The notes beneath the pieces are model-generated. The model searched no databases. It had not been told where the DNA came from and saw only the letters and a list, made by a program, of their open reading frames with translations. From NCBI GenBank assembly GCA_900617105.1, contig UYFQ01000469.1, positions 1 through 64,000 on the forward strand: DNA of 64,000 nt, in the 5' to 3' direction. Source of the stretch: Hydrurus foetidus (Eukaryota). Of the stretch, positions 38,072-51,700 are shown in pieces (positions within the stretch are counted from its first letter, which is position 1; each line of letters begins with the position of its first letter). A program made the position numbers and the translations under genes.

Positions 38072-41000
38072 ATAGGAGGGGATGGAAGATATAAAAAGAA
38101 AAAGAGAGTGTAGTGTTCACATCGTTTGCACGACAGACCCATCGCAAAAAGTAGTGAATAGAACAAAACAAACAAAAATAAAAAATTATTACAAGTAAGA
38201 ACACAACTGAAAGAAAGCGGAACAAATAAAACACACGGAAACTTTCGCAAATTGTGTAACGATTTAATTTATTTGAAATTTACGAAATTTACCGGTGACA
38301 GTGGAACAGCTAGTACTGGAGACAGTTGAAGTGTCGCGGAAAATAGTCCGTCATTCTTGCTGTCCCCAAAGGCCTCTAGAGAATGTTCTTTGGAATGTTC
38401 CGCTATAGGTTCCTGAGATTTAGATCTAAAAAAGAGAGACATAATTAATAATGTAGGGAATGAATAGATGAAAATAATTTCTGATGAAGAAATTCCAGAG
38501 ACAATTAAACCATTAAAAGGTTGTCACAAAATCCAATTGCATGAAGTGATATATAATAGAGAAGAGTTCAGTGCACTATAATTGCCGAGATAATTCAAAA
38601 TGATACGTAAGCTTAGTATGTAGATAATTACTTATTCTGTCTGTAATGTGTACACGTAATAACTTATTCTGTGTGTAGTGCAGTTAGTTCTATAAGTGGA
38701 TGAAGGCAAGCATGAACAAGAGTGTACATATTGATCAGCGAATTACACTGTATCACAGTTCATCATATCATCATTACATAATTAAAATTAAATGCATGAT
38801 AAGTCGACTAAAATTCGAGAATAAAAACTAACCTTTTTGGCTTTTTATTCACGTCCGAAATTTTCGCATCATTTGCACTCTTTCTTTTATTTTCATTATT
38901 TATTTTCTCATTGACTTTTTTCCCTTTTCCAACACTCTTTTTACCCTTTTGAATTTCAAAGAAATCTTCATTATCATTATCATTATCATCATTATCACTT
39001 TTATCATCGTCATCATTTTCTTTTGTGCTTTTATTTGTATTCACTTCTTCATTATTGCTGATCTTCATTTTCTCAATTTTATTTTTATCGCTGATTTTTA
39101 TACTTTTCAATTTCTTATTTTTATTTCTTTTTTCTTCAACAGCACAAGCTGACTCTTCGAAATTTTCTCCATTATTTTTATTTTCTAATTTCTTCTTATT
39201 ACTTTCTGCATCCTCCTCAGCCATTTTCCACACTACAATTGGATTTTTCTCATTCAAGAATTCCCTTTCATTCTTCGATATGAGTCCTGACTGTGCACTT
39301 TTTTCATGCCATATTTCTTTTTCTTCACTATTTAAATTTTTCCATTCAAGAGTAATTATTTTTAATAAATCAGATGCAGAGTAGTCGGGATGTGAAATCT
39401 TCATTTCTTCTTTTCTTGCACGACAGTACAGTGCGTATGGTGTAGCTGTACGTACGTTCTGAATCGGAATATTATCTGGAATATTCTTTATCGGCGAAGA
39501 TTCCTTCTCATCGGATAAAATTTCTGATTTTTTGCGGTTATTATTTGTTTTCACTTTGTTTGGTTTATTCTTGTTTTCTTCTGCAAAGATAATACCATTT
39601 GTTGAATTATTGTTTTCTTTATTTTCATTATCTTCCTGATCAACATTTTTACCCTCCGAATTTGCTGATGGGGCTTGAACATCATCACAATCGCCATCAT
39701 CACTAATTTCATTTTCATAATTCACTGGAATTTCAATTGAAATTAATTCTTCGGAAATTTTATTTGCAACGATATTCTTTTCTTTTTTTGATATATCAAC
39801 TGGCTTTTTAGATGCAGCTTTCAGGTTATTTTTTTTCTCATCTTTTACTGTCGTTACTATTTCATTTGATTGTTCGTTTTGTAATCGTGCTGAAATTTCG
39901 TCATTCTTGTTATTTTTTATTTTCTTTTTATTCTCACTACGCTTTCCAATTTTCTCATTTTCTTTGTTATCATTATTTCCCACTCTACTAGATGGCTCTA
40001 ATGTTGTTCTTTCCTTTTTCTTATCATCATGAGATGGAACATTTGCCGAGCTCGCTACCTCTTTCTCTACCTCAGAATCAATTTCATTATCTTCGACACT
40101 CTTGGCCGTGTTCTTCTTTCCTTTTATTTCCTTTTTGTTCCTCATTTTCCCCCTCACAATCAATTTCTCCTCTTTTATCCCCTCTTCTCTATCTTCATCT
40201 TCTGCATTGTCACTATCATTTTCATTTTTGATATCATTTCCAATATTTTTATATGATGACGTGGCGTACTCTTTTTCGTCCAAAGGACGGGGTTTGGCAT
40301 TTTTCACTTTCAGCGCAACAAATTTCAAATTGCCGTAATAATTCACATCGATAATTCTTTCTTTTTTGATAACACTTTTCTTTATATTTTGTTGTGTTGG
40401 ATTTATTTCGTCATGTTTGATGCTATTTAAGACTTCAGAACCGTTTAGCTCGTCATCATTATTATTATAATCATCATCGTTATTTTGAAATTGATCATAT
40501 TTGCCATGACTGATATTCGGTGTTGAAGTCTCACATACGTTGTCACCATCATCACCATTATCATCATCGTTATTACCGTTATCTATATCAGTTTGATGTT
40601 CCCTATTGCTGTGAAATGACACACCATCTCGACCATCACCACCATCGCAATTATCATCACCAACATTGCTATCACCCTTTCCGATCACAGCACTTTCCAA
40701 CCCGCTTAAACCAACTGGAATCCCGGCATACCCGGCCACTTTCGCAGTCTCAACACATTCCTTCTCCGTAGCAATGTTATCTGAAACAGCATCAGAATGT
40801 CTATTTACAGCATCAAAAGCCCCACTATTCGACCCACTAAAGACGTTCCATTCCGTACGGACAAAAGATTTACCGTTTTGGAATCCGTGTTTTACAGCTT
40901 GGGGAACGAAAAAAGGGCAGTCAAGGGATGGTACCAACGTTTGAGAGGGGAGCTTGAAATTCGAGGAACAAGTCGAAGGCGAGAATATCGCGACACTTTC

Positions 41001-44000
41001 ACATTTATTTTCTCGTGCTATTGAAGAGTTCTGCACATCTTTGAAATTTGGGGATAGAATATTCTGATTCTCAGAATTGAATACGTCAGAAAAGGATGAA
41101 GAATGTTCCGTGGGAATCAAAAGAAGTTTCTGACGACTACTTTCTCTTCTTCCTTCTTTTCTTTCCTTCATACTGTGATTAGATAAAGAAGTAAGATATA
41201 GAAAATGAGATTTTAAATAATGGAAATAATAGTAATGCATTATCAGCTATGTGTTATCAGTCGAAAAAATTAAAATCAATGAAGATGGAGGATGGTAGAA
41301 TTGAAAAAAAATGAAAAATGTTTCAGATTTATTGGAATATATTTTTATTTATTCAGACAGTTTATTCCTAACGATATTCCCAAGAATGTTCTGAAGACGT
41401 ACCTCGCGATTTTAGCTGCAACTTCTTCGTCCATTTTTTTCAATCGAATATCGCGTTGAATTCTAAAAATAAATATGTGTAAAAATAGAAGTAAAAGGAT
41501 GTACAGATAGAAACTTTCAAAAGAAGGGCACTTCAATGCAAACATATGATATAGATGACCGGAATTTAGATGCAATAATAGAGCTATCAAATCGTTGAAA
41601 GACTACCGTACGGTAAAACAAAAAGTAGAGTACAAGAAAAACTCATGTAGAAAGTGATCTTCTCTTGTTTAAACTAGATAAAGAATAGAGAACATCAAGA
41701 AGTGACGATGTCCAGTGGTAAGTTTGTTGAATTATGCTGCGAGAATTCAAATTTTAAATTCACAGAGTTTGATGTACAATAGGAAATTGCGTGTGAAGAA
41801 ATAAAATTAAAAATTCCGCGCAAATTGAAGAGCAAAAATTAGTAAATAAAAAATTGAAAAATTTACCTTCTTTGCATCATAATATCTTTTTCAGCACCTA
41901 ATTTCCCCACACACTCTTTTGCTGCTGCCAGCTCAGCGTCAATTCTTCCTTGCGCGTATGCCGCTGACCGATCTCCGGCCGTCACGGCCATTTCCGTTAA
42001 TTTAAATGATACGATTTTTGCTTCTTTTTCAACCTAAAGTACGAAATACAAATTGTGATTATTTTTTGATATCGTGGAAAAAATGATGGTGCTGTATGTG
42101 CTTGGTCGTTTGTGGTTGACGATACCCATGATTTACATGAGACGTTCTCGACATACACACAAGTGTATGTATTATAATGATAAATAAAACCTATGTCCAT
42201 CTATTAATTCAGACACGGTTTATAGCCCAATAAAATAAAAATAATATCCGTCACATAAATCCTGTAACACTGCTAAGTTACTTATTGTAAAAGTGTCACG
42301 CTATTTAAAGAACACAAAAGTGTTACACTGTTTGAAGAAAAGAAAAGTGTTACACTTTTTCATACCTCTTCAAGTCTTATCGCCATACAAACTTTCTCTT
42401 CCTGGGCACTCGCAAGCATAGCATGATGACTTGACACCTCTTTCTTCAATCGATTAATCTCGACTTGAAGTTGTCCCATAATAAGTTGGACACTAGGGCA
42501 GTCTGCACTGATACTAACTCGTCTAATTACACCGGCCACCCGGTCTAGTTCTGTAGGAGACCATACGGTAGACCCAGTAGAAGAAGACATTGATTCTCTC
42601 TTTCTTTCACTTTGTTGTGGTCTGCAATTATTCAAAATAATTTCATTCGAATATATTTCATCAGAAGACATTCTTTTCATTTTAGTTTCATTCCTGTTTT
42701 CTGGGAAGAACATTCTTTCGGAATCATCTTTCATAATCGGAACGTAAGTAAGTACGGAATCTCCAGATTTCAGAGGTGTACGTGCCATTACTTTTTTCGG
42801 ATTAAAAACTTCACTTTTTTCTCCAGGATTTTGAGCGTCAAAAAAGTCCATGGTACCAGGAATGTCAACTATGGTGGGTACAATGAGAGGTACACGGGCC
42901 ATTTTTGGTGCGGGGGGCATGACGGATTTTACCGGATGCAATGGGACGTTATCCGGTATAATTGAATCAGAGGGCTGTACTGCTGACGGAGTGGACATCG
43001 CTATATTCGACACAGATGCTACTGCGGCGGCAACCACCAATCGCACAGCATCTGCGCGATCTTTAAAAGACAGCGATGGACCTTGCACCTCTTTATCCGA
43101 CATAACTTCGGAATGTTCTTTTGGAGAGGAATAAGAATAAGAAGACGGAGGAATAGGGGAGCACATTAAACTTCTACTTTCATTTTCATTTTCATTTTCC
43201 AGCTCACTTTCATCTTCATGTCTATTTTCACTTTTTAATTCTTTTGTGATGGGAGTGTCTGCCATTTCCAATAAATTCAACAGTGCAGACTTTGGACTAT
43301 TGTGCGTCACAGATTCCAGACGGTGAAAAGAAGGTAAAAGATTGTTTTCCCCTCTTGGGAAGCAGAACATGGACTGATTATCAGAAATAATCCATTCTGC
43401 GTCTGTGTCATGAATGGCATCGTGTTTCGATTCAGGGCTCTTAAATGCTTGAAGGTATTCTCTGAATTCTTTGGGATGCAGTCTACCGCAAGTAGTCGCC
43501 ATTTCTATCGCTTTTTCTGCCGCTACAGCGTCATCCCTAAAGGCCTGCAGAACTTCGTCAATATTCAACTGATCCAAATCAGACTCAATAGACACTAAAT
43601 CATTATCCGGAATGTTCTTGAAGTCTTCTACTTCAACATCGTCTGGTGTAGATTCAACTCCTGCTTGTGATGATTCAGCGGCGACAATAGAAAGAAAAGA
43701 AGGAGGAGAAGCAGAGCTTGGTACCAAGACATCGATATCACTATTCTCGCATTGGTTCTCATCTATTGTGATTAAGTTATTTTCCTCAGAGTTATTTTCA
43801 CTTTCAATTTGACTTTCATTTAATCCTATCAAGTTGTCCTCGCCAGAACAAAGAAATTCCTCCGTGTTCAAAACGAAGTCTTTGAATATGTTGATGGAAC
43901 TTCTCACTGGCTCCCAAATAGTCTGCTGAGGCGAAGCACTACGAACAATCGCTGCAATCTTCTCAGTTGGGGCTTTTGCCTCCTCGAAGTTCTGCAAGGA

Positions 44001-44366
44001 AGGCTCAATACAAATATCCTTCAAGGGTGTTCTTGCTACTATTGTCTTGCCATTTCCTGCGAGATCATGAAGAACCTCGAATTTCTCGTCTGATTTCCGC
44101 GTTGACAGGTTAACGAGATTCCTCTTCTTCATTTCTGAAATATCAGGAGTCCGCAAAACTTTACTTTTTGTTGCGAAAGGATTCTGATTATTCTTTCTCG
44201 CTACATTTTGGCCTACCAATTCACTTTCTCCCAATCTGCGTTTTGGTTCATTCCAAAATATTAGAGTAATCAACATGGTTACTCATGTACTTAATCGTTT
44301 CATTTCTGACCTGCTGTTCAGAGACGATGCATTCAGTTCGCCCAGCGATCTTCTTGATGAAGACAT
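36668..44366 (-). CDS. Large, mostly disordered protein with a coiled coil and one HMG box; exons 44366-44311, 44235-42366, 42033-41867, 41462-41403, 41172-38833, 38425-38293, 37823-37278, 36757-36668
   Basis: Frame-preserving GT-AG junctions link ORFs 42360-44276, 38808-41240 and 37200-37985. HMG box: RTATPYALYCRARKEEMKISHPDYSASDLLKIITLEWKNLNSEEKEIW. Confidence 0.72.
38024..38073 (+). repeat. (TAAA)n microsatellite, intronic
   Basis: About 12 tandem units. Confidence 0.95.
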
Positions 44367-45418
44367 AGTATTTTAATTCAAATAGACCTCCTTCCTTGAA
44401 ACCGGCTCTCTCACTGGAGTACTGTGCAGGTTATGATGCACGGGACATTACAGCTGCTAGCGCAGTAATCTCCCAGTGCTTCTGTAGGGCATTCCATAAT
44501 CCACGCTTTGAGATGCAGAAACTAAGACGTGATGGCAACTGGCAACTCAAATGGAAGCAGTGGAGATAAAAAGTCAACGGTCACTTCTGGCAAATTCCGG
44601 ATTCATCGATCCAAGATCTTACTGAAGATCTGTAGACTGTATCCCATATCCAAAGATTGTAGGTTGTGCAACAACTACTGTGTACTGTGTACTTCTCATG
44701 ATGTACTGTAGATGAAATAGAAATATGTTTTATGCTGGTCGCAATTGATTACAATTGATGAGCGTTCATCTCACATTTTTGGATTTTAACCTACTCGAGT
44801 AAATTTGACCCAGAAGTAAACGAATTTTGTTATCATTTGCAACATCTCATGATGGAATTACTGAAAGCGTGATTTACATCAGATCTCTAAAGACTGGAAG
44901 GAAATGAACAGGATCACTGTTGAAAGTTGAAATTTTCCTATTTCAGCGTGAATAAAAATAGTCACACAGATCTTTTATCATTTCTGGAGTTCACAAGGTG
45001 GTCGTTGAATGGATCGGAGTGATGCAATATTCCTATGCGAGACGGCGGTGAGAGTATCTGCTCTTTCTGAATCAGGTGTAATAGACAGAAGATCAAATCA
45101 AAATCGCGTAATCCTATTTTGTATCATCATCGAAATTTATAAGGAGAGTCACTTTTTAATGAAGAAAATTTTATGGATTTTGGCCGAAACGTACTGTATG
45201 GGTACCCGAGTTTACATGGCTGATTAAGTTCTCCGTAATATGTGACCCTGTTTGATTAACTCATGGATTATAAATCGTCACCAATTGGGACTAGAGGTCC
45301 ATCAGAAACAATTCCCATCAACACGATACCAATTCTAATTACACCTGCATCAACGAACAATGTTTCATCTTACTTACAATATGTAATAACTCCTAGTGAT
45401 GTAAAGGAATTCCATGCA

Positions 45419-46086
45419 TTACTTGCTGATATTTGTGGCATCACTACTACTTGGTGGATCAAGAATATCAAGAATGAATTGTGAATCTCCTTTATTGACT
45501 TTAATGTTGCAGTTTAATTCTGTGATGCCTCCTGGAACGAGTGATCGATATTCTGATGTTCTGCATCCAGCCATCGCTCTCCTTTTCTTTGATGCAGCAC
45601 TCTCAGGCCCAACCCTATCAAGAACGAGTAGTGTAATTGATATTGAGCTTCAGGCAGCCAACAGGGAAAAATATTTCCAGTATTCGGGAGGAACGTTGTG
45701 TTGGAGATGTGGTTCTGTAATTTGCATCACCTTTTGTCATTATTCCCAGCTCCTTTTGCGGCCATGAATATATCGGATGGCTTCATCGTTGATGCTTTTT
45801 TTAATCGTGCGCCCCATACTTCTGATGCACTGCTCTCTTTTAAGTCCATCCATTCACCATCTTCATTCCAAAAAGCGTGTGAGACAATAGGTGATGCGAT
45901 CAATAAAGCCGAGGATATCAAAATGGGCAGAAGAACTCTACTGCCAAATTTCTTTCCCGAGGCAACCATTGATAATCTGTTCACTCCTGCTGATCTGCTG
46001 GATCTGCTCGTCAGAAATGAGAGCGATAAGTCAAAAACGCAGAGCATCACGACGGTGAGTAGAATTTGAGCCCTATTCAACATCAT
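45419..46086 (-). CDS. Predicted thylakoid-lumen protein of unknown function; exons 46086-45731 and 45614-45419
   Basis: Signal peptide ending SLS-F, S/R-rich transit peptide and a second hydrophobic signal ending SHA. The spliced C-terminus is ESAASKKRRAMAGC...C. Confidence 0.75.
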
Positions 46087-47041
46087 CTTCTTGAAGTGCG
46101 ATATGCTACGCAAATTAGGGCGGTGACGATAATAATATATTACAGTAGAGGAGATGTTCTCGCAGATGATCTTTGGCTGTTTTGCAATCTTATCGTGTAG
46201 CACTGTGCTCTGTGCTATTTACAGGTTGGCGTTCACGCGTTTTTGTGACGTCACGCTATCGCTTTCTATCCGGATGTAAGTTGCACATATAACTGTGGTG
46301 TGTCGTGTGTGTGTCGTGGGTGTGTCGTGTGTCGTCTGCCTACTGCACTCTTAACATAACAGCAGATAATCAAAACGGGGGTGAACGAAGTCAACGCTCG
46401 ATTGTAACTCATTGCCCAATAGCGGAAGTTAGTGCTCGATGTGTCAAAATCATCATGTCGGAATTATAATTGCTGCGATGACGTTGTCATTCGATAATTT
46501 AGACAGTTGTGTTCCCGAGAGGTATTCTGCATACTAATTGTGCTAGTCACAACGATTGGACTCACTTACTTTTGAAATGAATGAACTGGCCCAATCTTTT
46601 CGCAATCTTTAGCTGAGAATTTACGACTCACAGATGAGTACAGCAAAAGAGAGCGACGTTTGATTTGAACACATTAAATATTTAAGTCATGTAAACACTA
46701 TCAATAGCATCATGTACATTGCAGTGCACATTGCAGTGGAGAATAGTTATGACACAGTAAACACACCACCATTCACATACAACACACAACTTCTCCCAAC
46801 ATGATGTATACCGTATCAGCCGGATCTTGTCGGCCGGGATTTCCGGGATCTCGAATTATTCTGTGTTCTGTGGTCAACTTGAAGCTATCCTACTATCGCA
46901 TCAGAATCACGCAACCACTTCATCACTATCTCCTCCTCTTCTACAAACCAGTAATTACTCACACGGAAGTCATCCGAGAGCACCAGCCACTACGTTTGCC
47001 ACCAGAAAATTGTATCCTTCAAGCGAGAAGAAGTACTAAAA

Positions 47042-47563
47042 ATGAGGACTATCTGCGGCGTGTGCATGATTGTCTTGGCGAATCTCAATCTGTCATTTTG
47101 TCTTGTTCCTATCAGTCACTCATCAGCACTGCTCCGCTCTGCAAACATCAAAAACTGCGGTAGAGGGTCATCAAAATCACAATTAAATTCGTTTGTGGAC
47201 TTCTCTACAGCCTTGATAGCTGTAGGAGATTACGCCGCGGAAATTGAAAAAGGCGTCGGAGAAGAAATCTATGCACCCATTTTCAAGTCAGGTTTAGTCT
47301 TATTCGGCAGTGGTCTTATCTCAGCATTTATGGCTGCAGCAATTATAGCTAAATCTGATTCATGGGAGGAGCTTGGCTTAGAATTTGAACGCGGAAAAGT
47401 CGCTCAATTGATTGAACTAGACGTTAAACAACCGTCATCTGTAGCATCATCTAGCAACTTCGTTGCAGAGCCTGTTGTTCCTGTGCCCCTCACGAAGTCG
47501 GAAAAAATCTCAGCAGAGAATGTTTTGACGAACGCAGATGGTGTCTACGATCTTGACTTATGA
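47042..47563 (+). CDS. Predicted plastid-targeted small membrane protein of unknown function
   Basis: N-terminal signal peptide, S-rich basic transit-like region and one hydrophobic segment (GLVLFGSGLISAFMAAAII). Intronless ORF. Confidence 0.7.
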   Translation: MRTICGVCMIVLANLNLSFCLVPISHSSALLRSANIKNCGRGSSKSQLNSFVDFSTALIAVGDYAAEIEKGVGEEIYAPIFKSGLVLFGSGLISAFMAAAIIAKSDSWEELGLEFERGKVAQLIELDVKQPSSVASSSNFVAEPVVPVPLTKSEKISAENVLTNADGVYDLDL

Positions 47564-48753
47564 AACCTTTCGAGAACTCCAAATTTCAAGATTGACGAAT
47601 CAGATTATCCTTTTTGTATTCCTATCGCCACTCAACTCATAGATGGAATTGACGTCACACATTCTGTTCTGCATCGATATCTTTCGATGATGTTGAAGTT
47701 GAAGAACATCCAACACCACCCCTGCCTGCCACTTATTCTCAATTCCTGCCATCACTTGAATTGTGTCATACCCAACACCCAACTGTACGTGATGCCATGC
47801 CCCGTTACAAATTAGATTCCTGACGTCTCGGCACATATTTTCTTCCGCTGAGACAAGTCGCTGTATAGTAAAACACTTTGTAATATTCTTAACTAACGAA
47901 TACTATTGGATCGATGAAGAGAAATAAATAAAGATGGTCTTGTCCACATCGACTTTAATTAAAATCTACGATTACATAAAAGGAAGAGAAATAGGAACTT
48001 CTCAACCCTGAAAATTTTCCGGAGACGAAAAAACAAATGGTATATAATTGCGAAGAGACAGTATACTTGCGCGTGTTGAAAACGAAACATCCTTACTAAA
48101 AATCCAAATTATAATCAAGATAAAGAGGTACCAAAAATGACTTAATGTGTGATAAGAAAAAAATATATAAAGTCGCCGAGAAATGAAATGACGAAAGATG
48201 GTACGTGAGTTGAACGATGGTACATAAATTTCTGTTTCTCTGTCGAAACAGCACTGCAGTAGGTGGTATCAAAAAGAATTTGAGGCAGAATTTAGATTCA
48301 ATTAACCTCTCATTATCTGTGCAGTCTGATTTGAAATAGATCTAAGAATGATTCTTCTAGTATTTGAAGTTTTTATACGGATATTTTACCGGTTAAATAG
48401 TTCCGAATTCACGCCTGATGTAATCTAAAGTCTTTTTGGCTTTGTCCGTACAAATCTGTCTAATCATGAGAATGCGCACGTACGAATATCCAACATGGCA
48501 TTTCTTTTTACTTCACCAAATGCGTGTTACATTTGCTTTTTTTACAACTATTTTATTTTTTCAGTACATGAATGCCTAAATCTTCTCCGGCGCATATCGC
48601 AATTTTTTGTTTTCACATTTTGAGATTTCTGATGCCTAAAATCTCCTATCGCCGATTCACTCAATATAGACAATAGATGCTAGTGTGATTAATTACAGCA
48701 CTGTGACCATCTCTAATCGATGCGTCTTAATTCACATCATTTTTAATTATTCG

Positions 48754-51700
48754 TCACCTGATTAATTGTTTCACTTCTCGCCGTATTCCGATTTTACTAG
48801 TGCACTGATTTTCGATGCAAACTTTTAGTGCATTTTCCACCATCTCCTTCGCGACCAATTTTACATTATTTCCAAGCAATGAATTCGGAAAATACTTTTT
48901 CGTTTCTATCTCAGAACTCTCCATTCTCAAATTATTTTTTGGAAGAACAGAATGGGCATTTTTTTCCGTGTTTTTGACCGGAGATTTCACAACAGCGTCT
49001 TTCATCGAAAATCCATTTTCAGCCAGAACATTCGTGGAAATTTGATTTGCTTTCGTGGAAGAATGTTCCGAGGAAGAGTTCCTATCCAAGAACATTCTTT
49101 GAGAAACCCGGTTACATGCAGTGTCTACACATTCTTTAACGAAATCACGTTCATTGAAACAACTTAAAATTTGGCTGCTTTGCGTTTCTTTTCTTCCGCT
49201 TGTACTATGTTCTTCGTTACTCTTTGAACTAGATTGATCTTCTTTGATATCTGCTGCAAGAGAATTTGAATTATACGATTCTAGAACTATTTCCGTGTTT
49301 TCGCTCAATTCTACTTGACATTCCCTTTTTTTCTTCTCACTATCTTTTTCTATTTTTCTTCCCTCCCCTTTGCACATCACATTAGTCTTGGCAATGTCAT
49401 TCTCCTCATCTGCGTACGTACTCCCATATTTCGTACGTTCCAATTTATTGCCGGAACATTCTGAACCACACGTACCCTTCTTCTGCTTTTCCTCTACCTC
49501 AACCTCTCCCTCTTTAGTACTTGCACGTAGGGCTACATTAACCATTCCTCTTCGAATCGATTCTGACACGAATGACGCAGCGACTTTAGCTCTCTGGTAT
49601 TTTATACGGTATTCCTCGTGTGCGCTTTTCCCAGACCCTAGACCTAAATTCCGGACGACGATATTTTTCATTAATTTGGTGTGCTGTTTTTGATTATTTA
49701 GTATGCAATCACTTTGGGTTTCACGTACGCAATTGATTATGGGTGTCGAGATTTTTTGATTTTTAGTGGCAAATGGTAAAAAATGTGAAGAAAAGATAAC
49801 AATCGTGACGATGCTGCGAAGAATGGTGATGATGATGATGATGATGATGATGAGGAAGGGGTAATGATGCTGATGAGAGTGATGGTAATAAGGACGATCA
49901 ATACGATGATTATGATGACGATGAACAGCGATTTCGATAATGTTAATAATGGAGGGGTAGGAAGAGAGGGCATCGCTGTGATAGTGATAGTGACAGTGCT
50001 GATTAAAATAAAGTGTTATATAAAATGATATGATGCAGTATGATATGATATGATATGATGTAACGTAATGTGATATGATGTCGTATGACTTGATGTGCGG
50101 AACGACGCATTACAATGTTACAGTGACTGACCCGGGAAATGAGAAATCCGTAATTCTATCAGAAAAAGTCTATTCTCGCTATTCTATACTATCATATCCC
50201 ACATAATTCCCCCTAGCTTCCCCATCATTTCGTATCCTATCCCATTCCCTCTCTCTTGTCTTATTCTATCTTGTTTCCCCTAACCTCCCTATGCCACTCC
50301 CCCTCTACTATTTATCTACCCCTATTCACTGCTTTTTATTGTCTCACCTTCGTCACTGTCCATTCCCTCGTCCCCCTCATTTATGGCGTAGTCCGGTTGA
50401 AAGCCGGGTACAGAATACTCCCCTAATGGGATGTATTTGGAACATGGTGCGCACGTGTGAATTAGAGTGCGTACGTGTGAGTTTGAGTATGTGATGTAGT
50501 GTGTGTGTGTATGGGGGAGAGTGAGTGTGTGAGTGCATATTCTGTACTTGTGTACGTGTGTTATACATATTCCCACAAAATGAGCTCAGATTCTCTATTC
50601 GTACGTGCGTGCGTTGAGATGGTGCTGTCAAACATGCGTGCGATGCGATGCGATGCTACTGCGACTGTAATATAAATAGTCAGATCATTTGATTTGGTAT
50701 GATTGCCTATGATGGTATCTCGAGAATAGAACACACGAAATAAAATGAAATAATGAACACTGTCAATTCAATACGCTGTAATAATCGCAGATTCTAAAAT
50801 ACGAATTATTCCTAACCCAGACAGTAATATATACGGATATAGTACGTACAGTACAGTGCAGTACAGTACAGTATAGTATAGTATATTACCAGGACAGAAT
50901 AAAATGTCCAGTAGATATGAACGAATCCAAGGTGGAAATGAAATGGTGATTTCAACTGTGCTCAAACCTGTTTTCATTCTCTGTTTTGGACATTTTATTC
51001 TGTCCTGGTTATACAGTACAGTATACAGTACAGCACAGTACATTGCATTACAGTACAGTGTTTAACGTACGTACCAGAGGGATTTTTAAATAGCAGATAT
51101 TTGTGGTTTTCTTTTTGATCTTTTAACATTTCCTCTTCTGACTCAATCAACGGAATTGTTTCCATACGGAGTTCGACTAATCCCTGGAGGGATTTTCTTC
51201 GCTCTGCATTTACATCTGCCCCGATAAAAGAAAAATAGAAACTTAAAATAAGAAAAGAAAATAGGAAAATAAACTAGAAACAGGAAAGAAAATGTTACCA
51301 AAATTGTGAAAATAAATACAAGGTAATGGATTTAGTACAATGAAAGTAAGGCTAATATTTAATCAATCAATATTAAGGTCTATTGCATTGAGAGAATGTC
51401 AGTGGTCAATCCTGTCAATATTAATGTTTCTATTGATCTACTCACAGTCGCAGTAAAGAGACACTTGAGTATAAGTGATTGAAGGAAATAAGTAAAATCA
51501 AAAGTAGCTCATGATAAGGATACATAGAGCAACACTTGCTCCAATCTGCTGTAGATATACAATATACAATAATAAACGATCATTCAATACAAGATAAAGT
51601 ATTCTTAAAAAAGTAAAAAACAAAATTTAAAAAATATCAAAAATGAACACTTCTGTACCTAAAGTGTGCATTTCGTCTTGCTGCCCCATGCCTTCTTCCA

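Noticed and set aside
49780..50100. (GAT)n / (ATATG)n as a poly-Asp exon or functional array
   Set aside because: Simple intronic microsatellites with no splice support.
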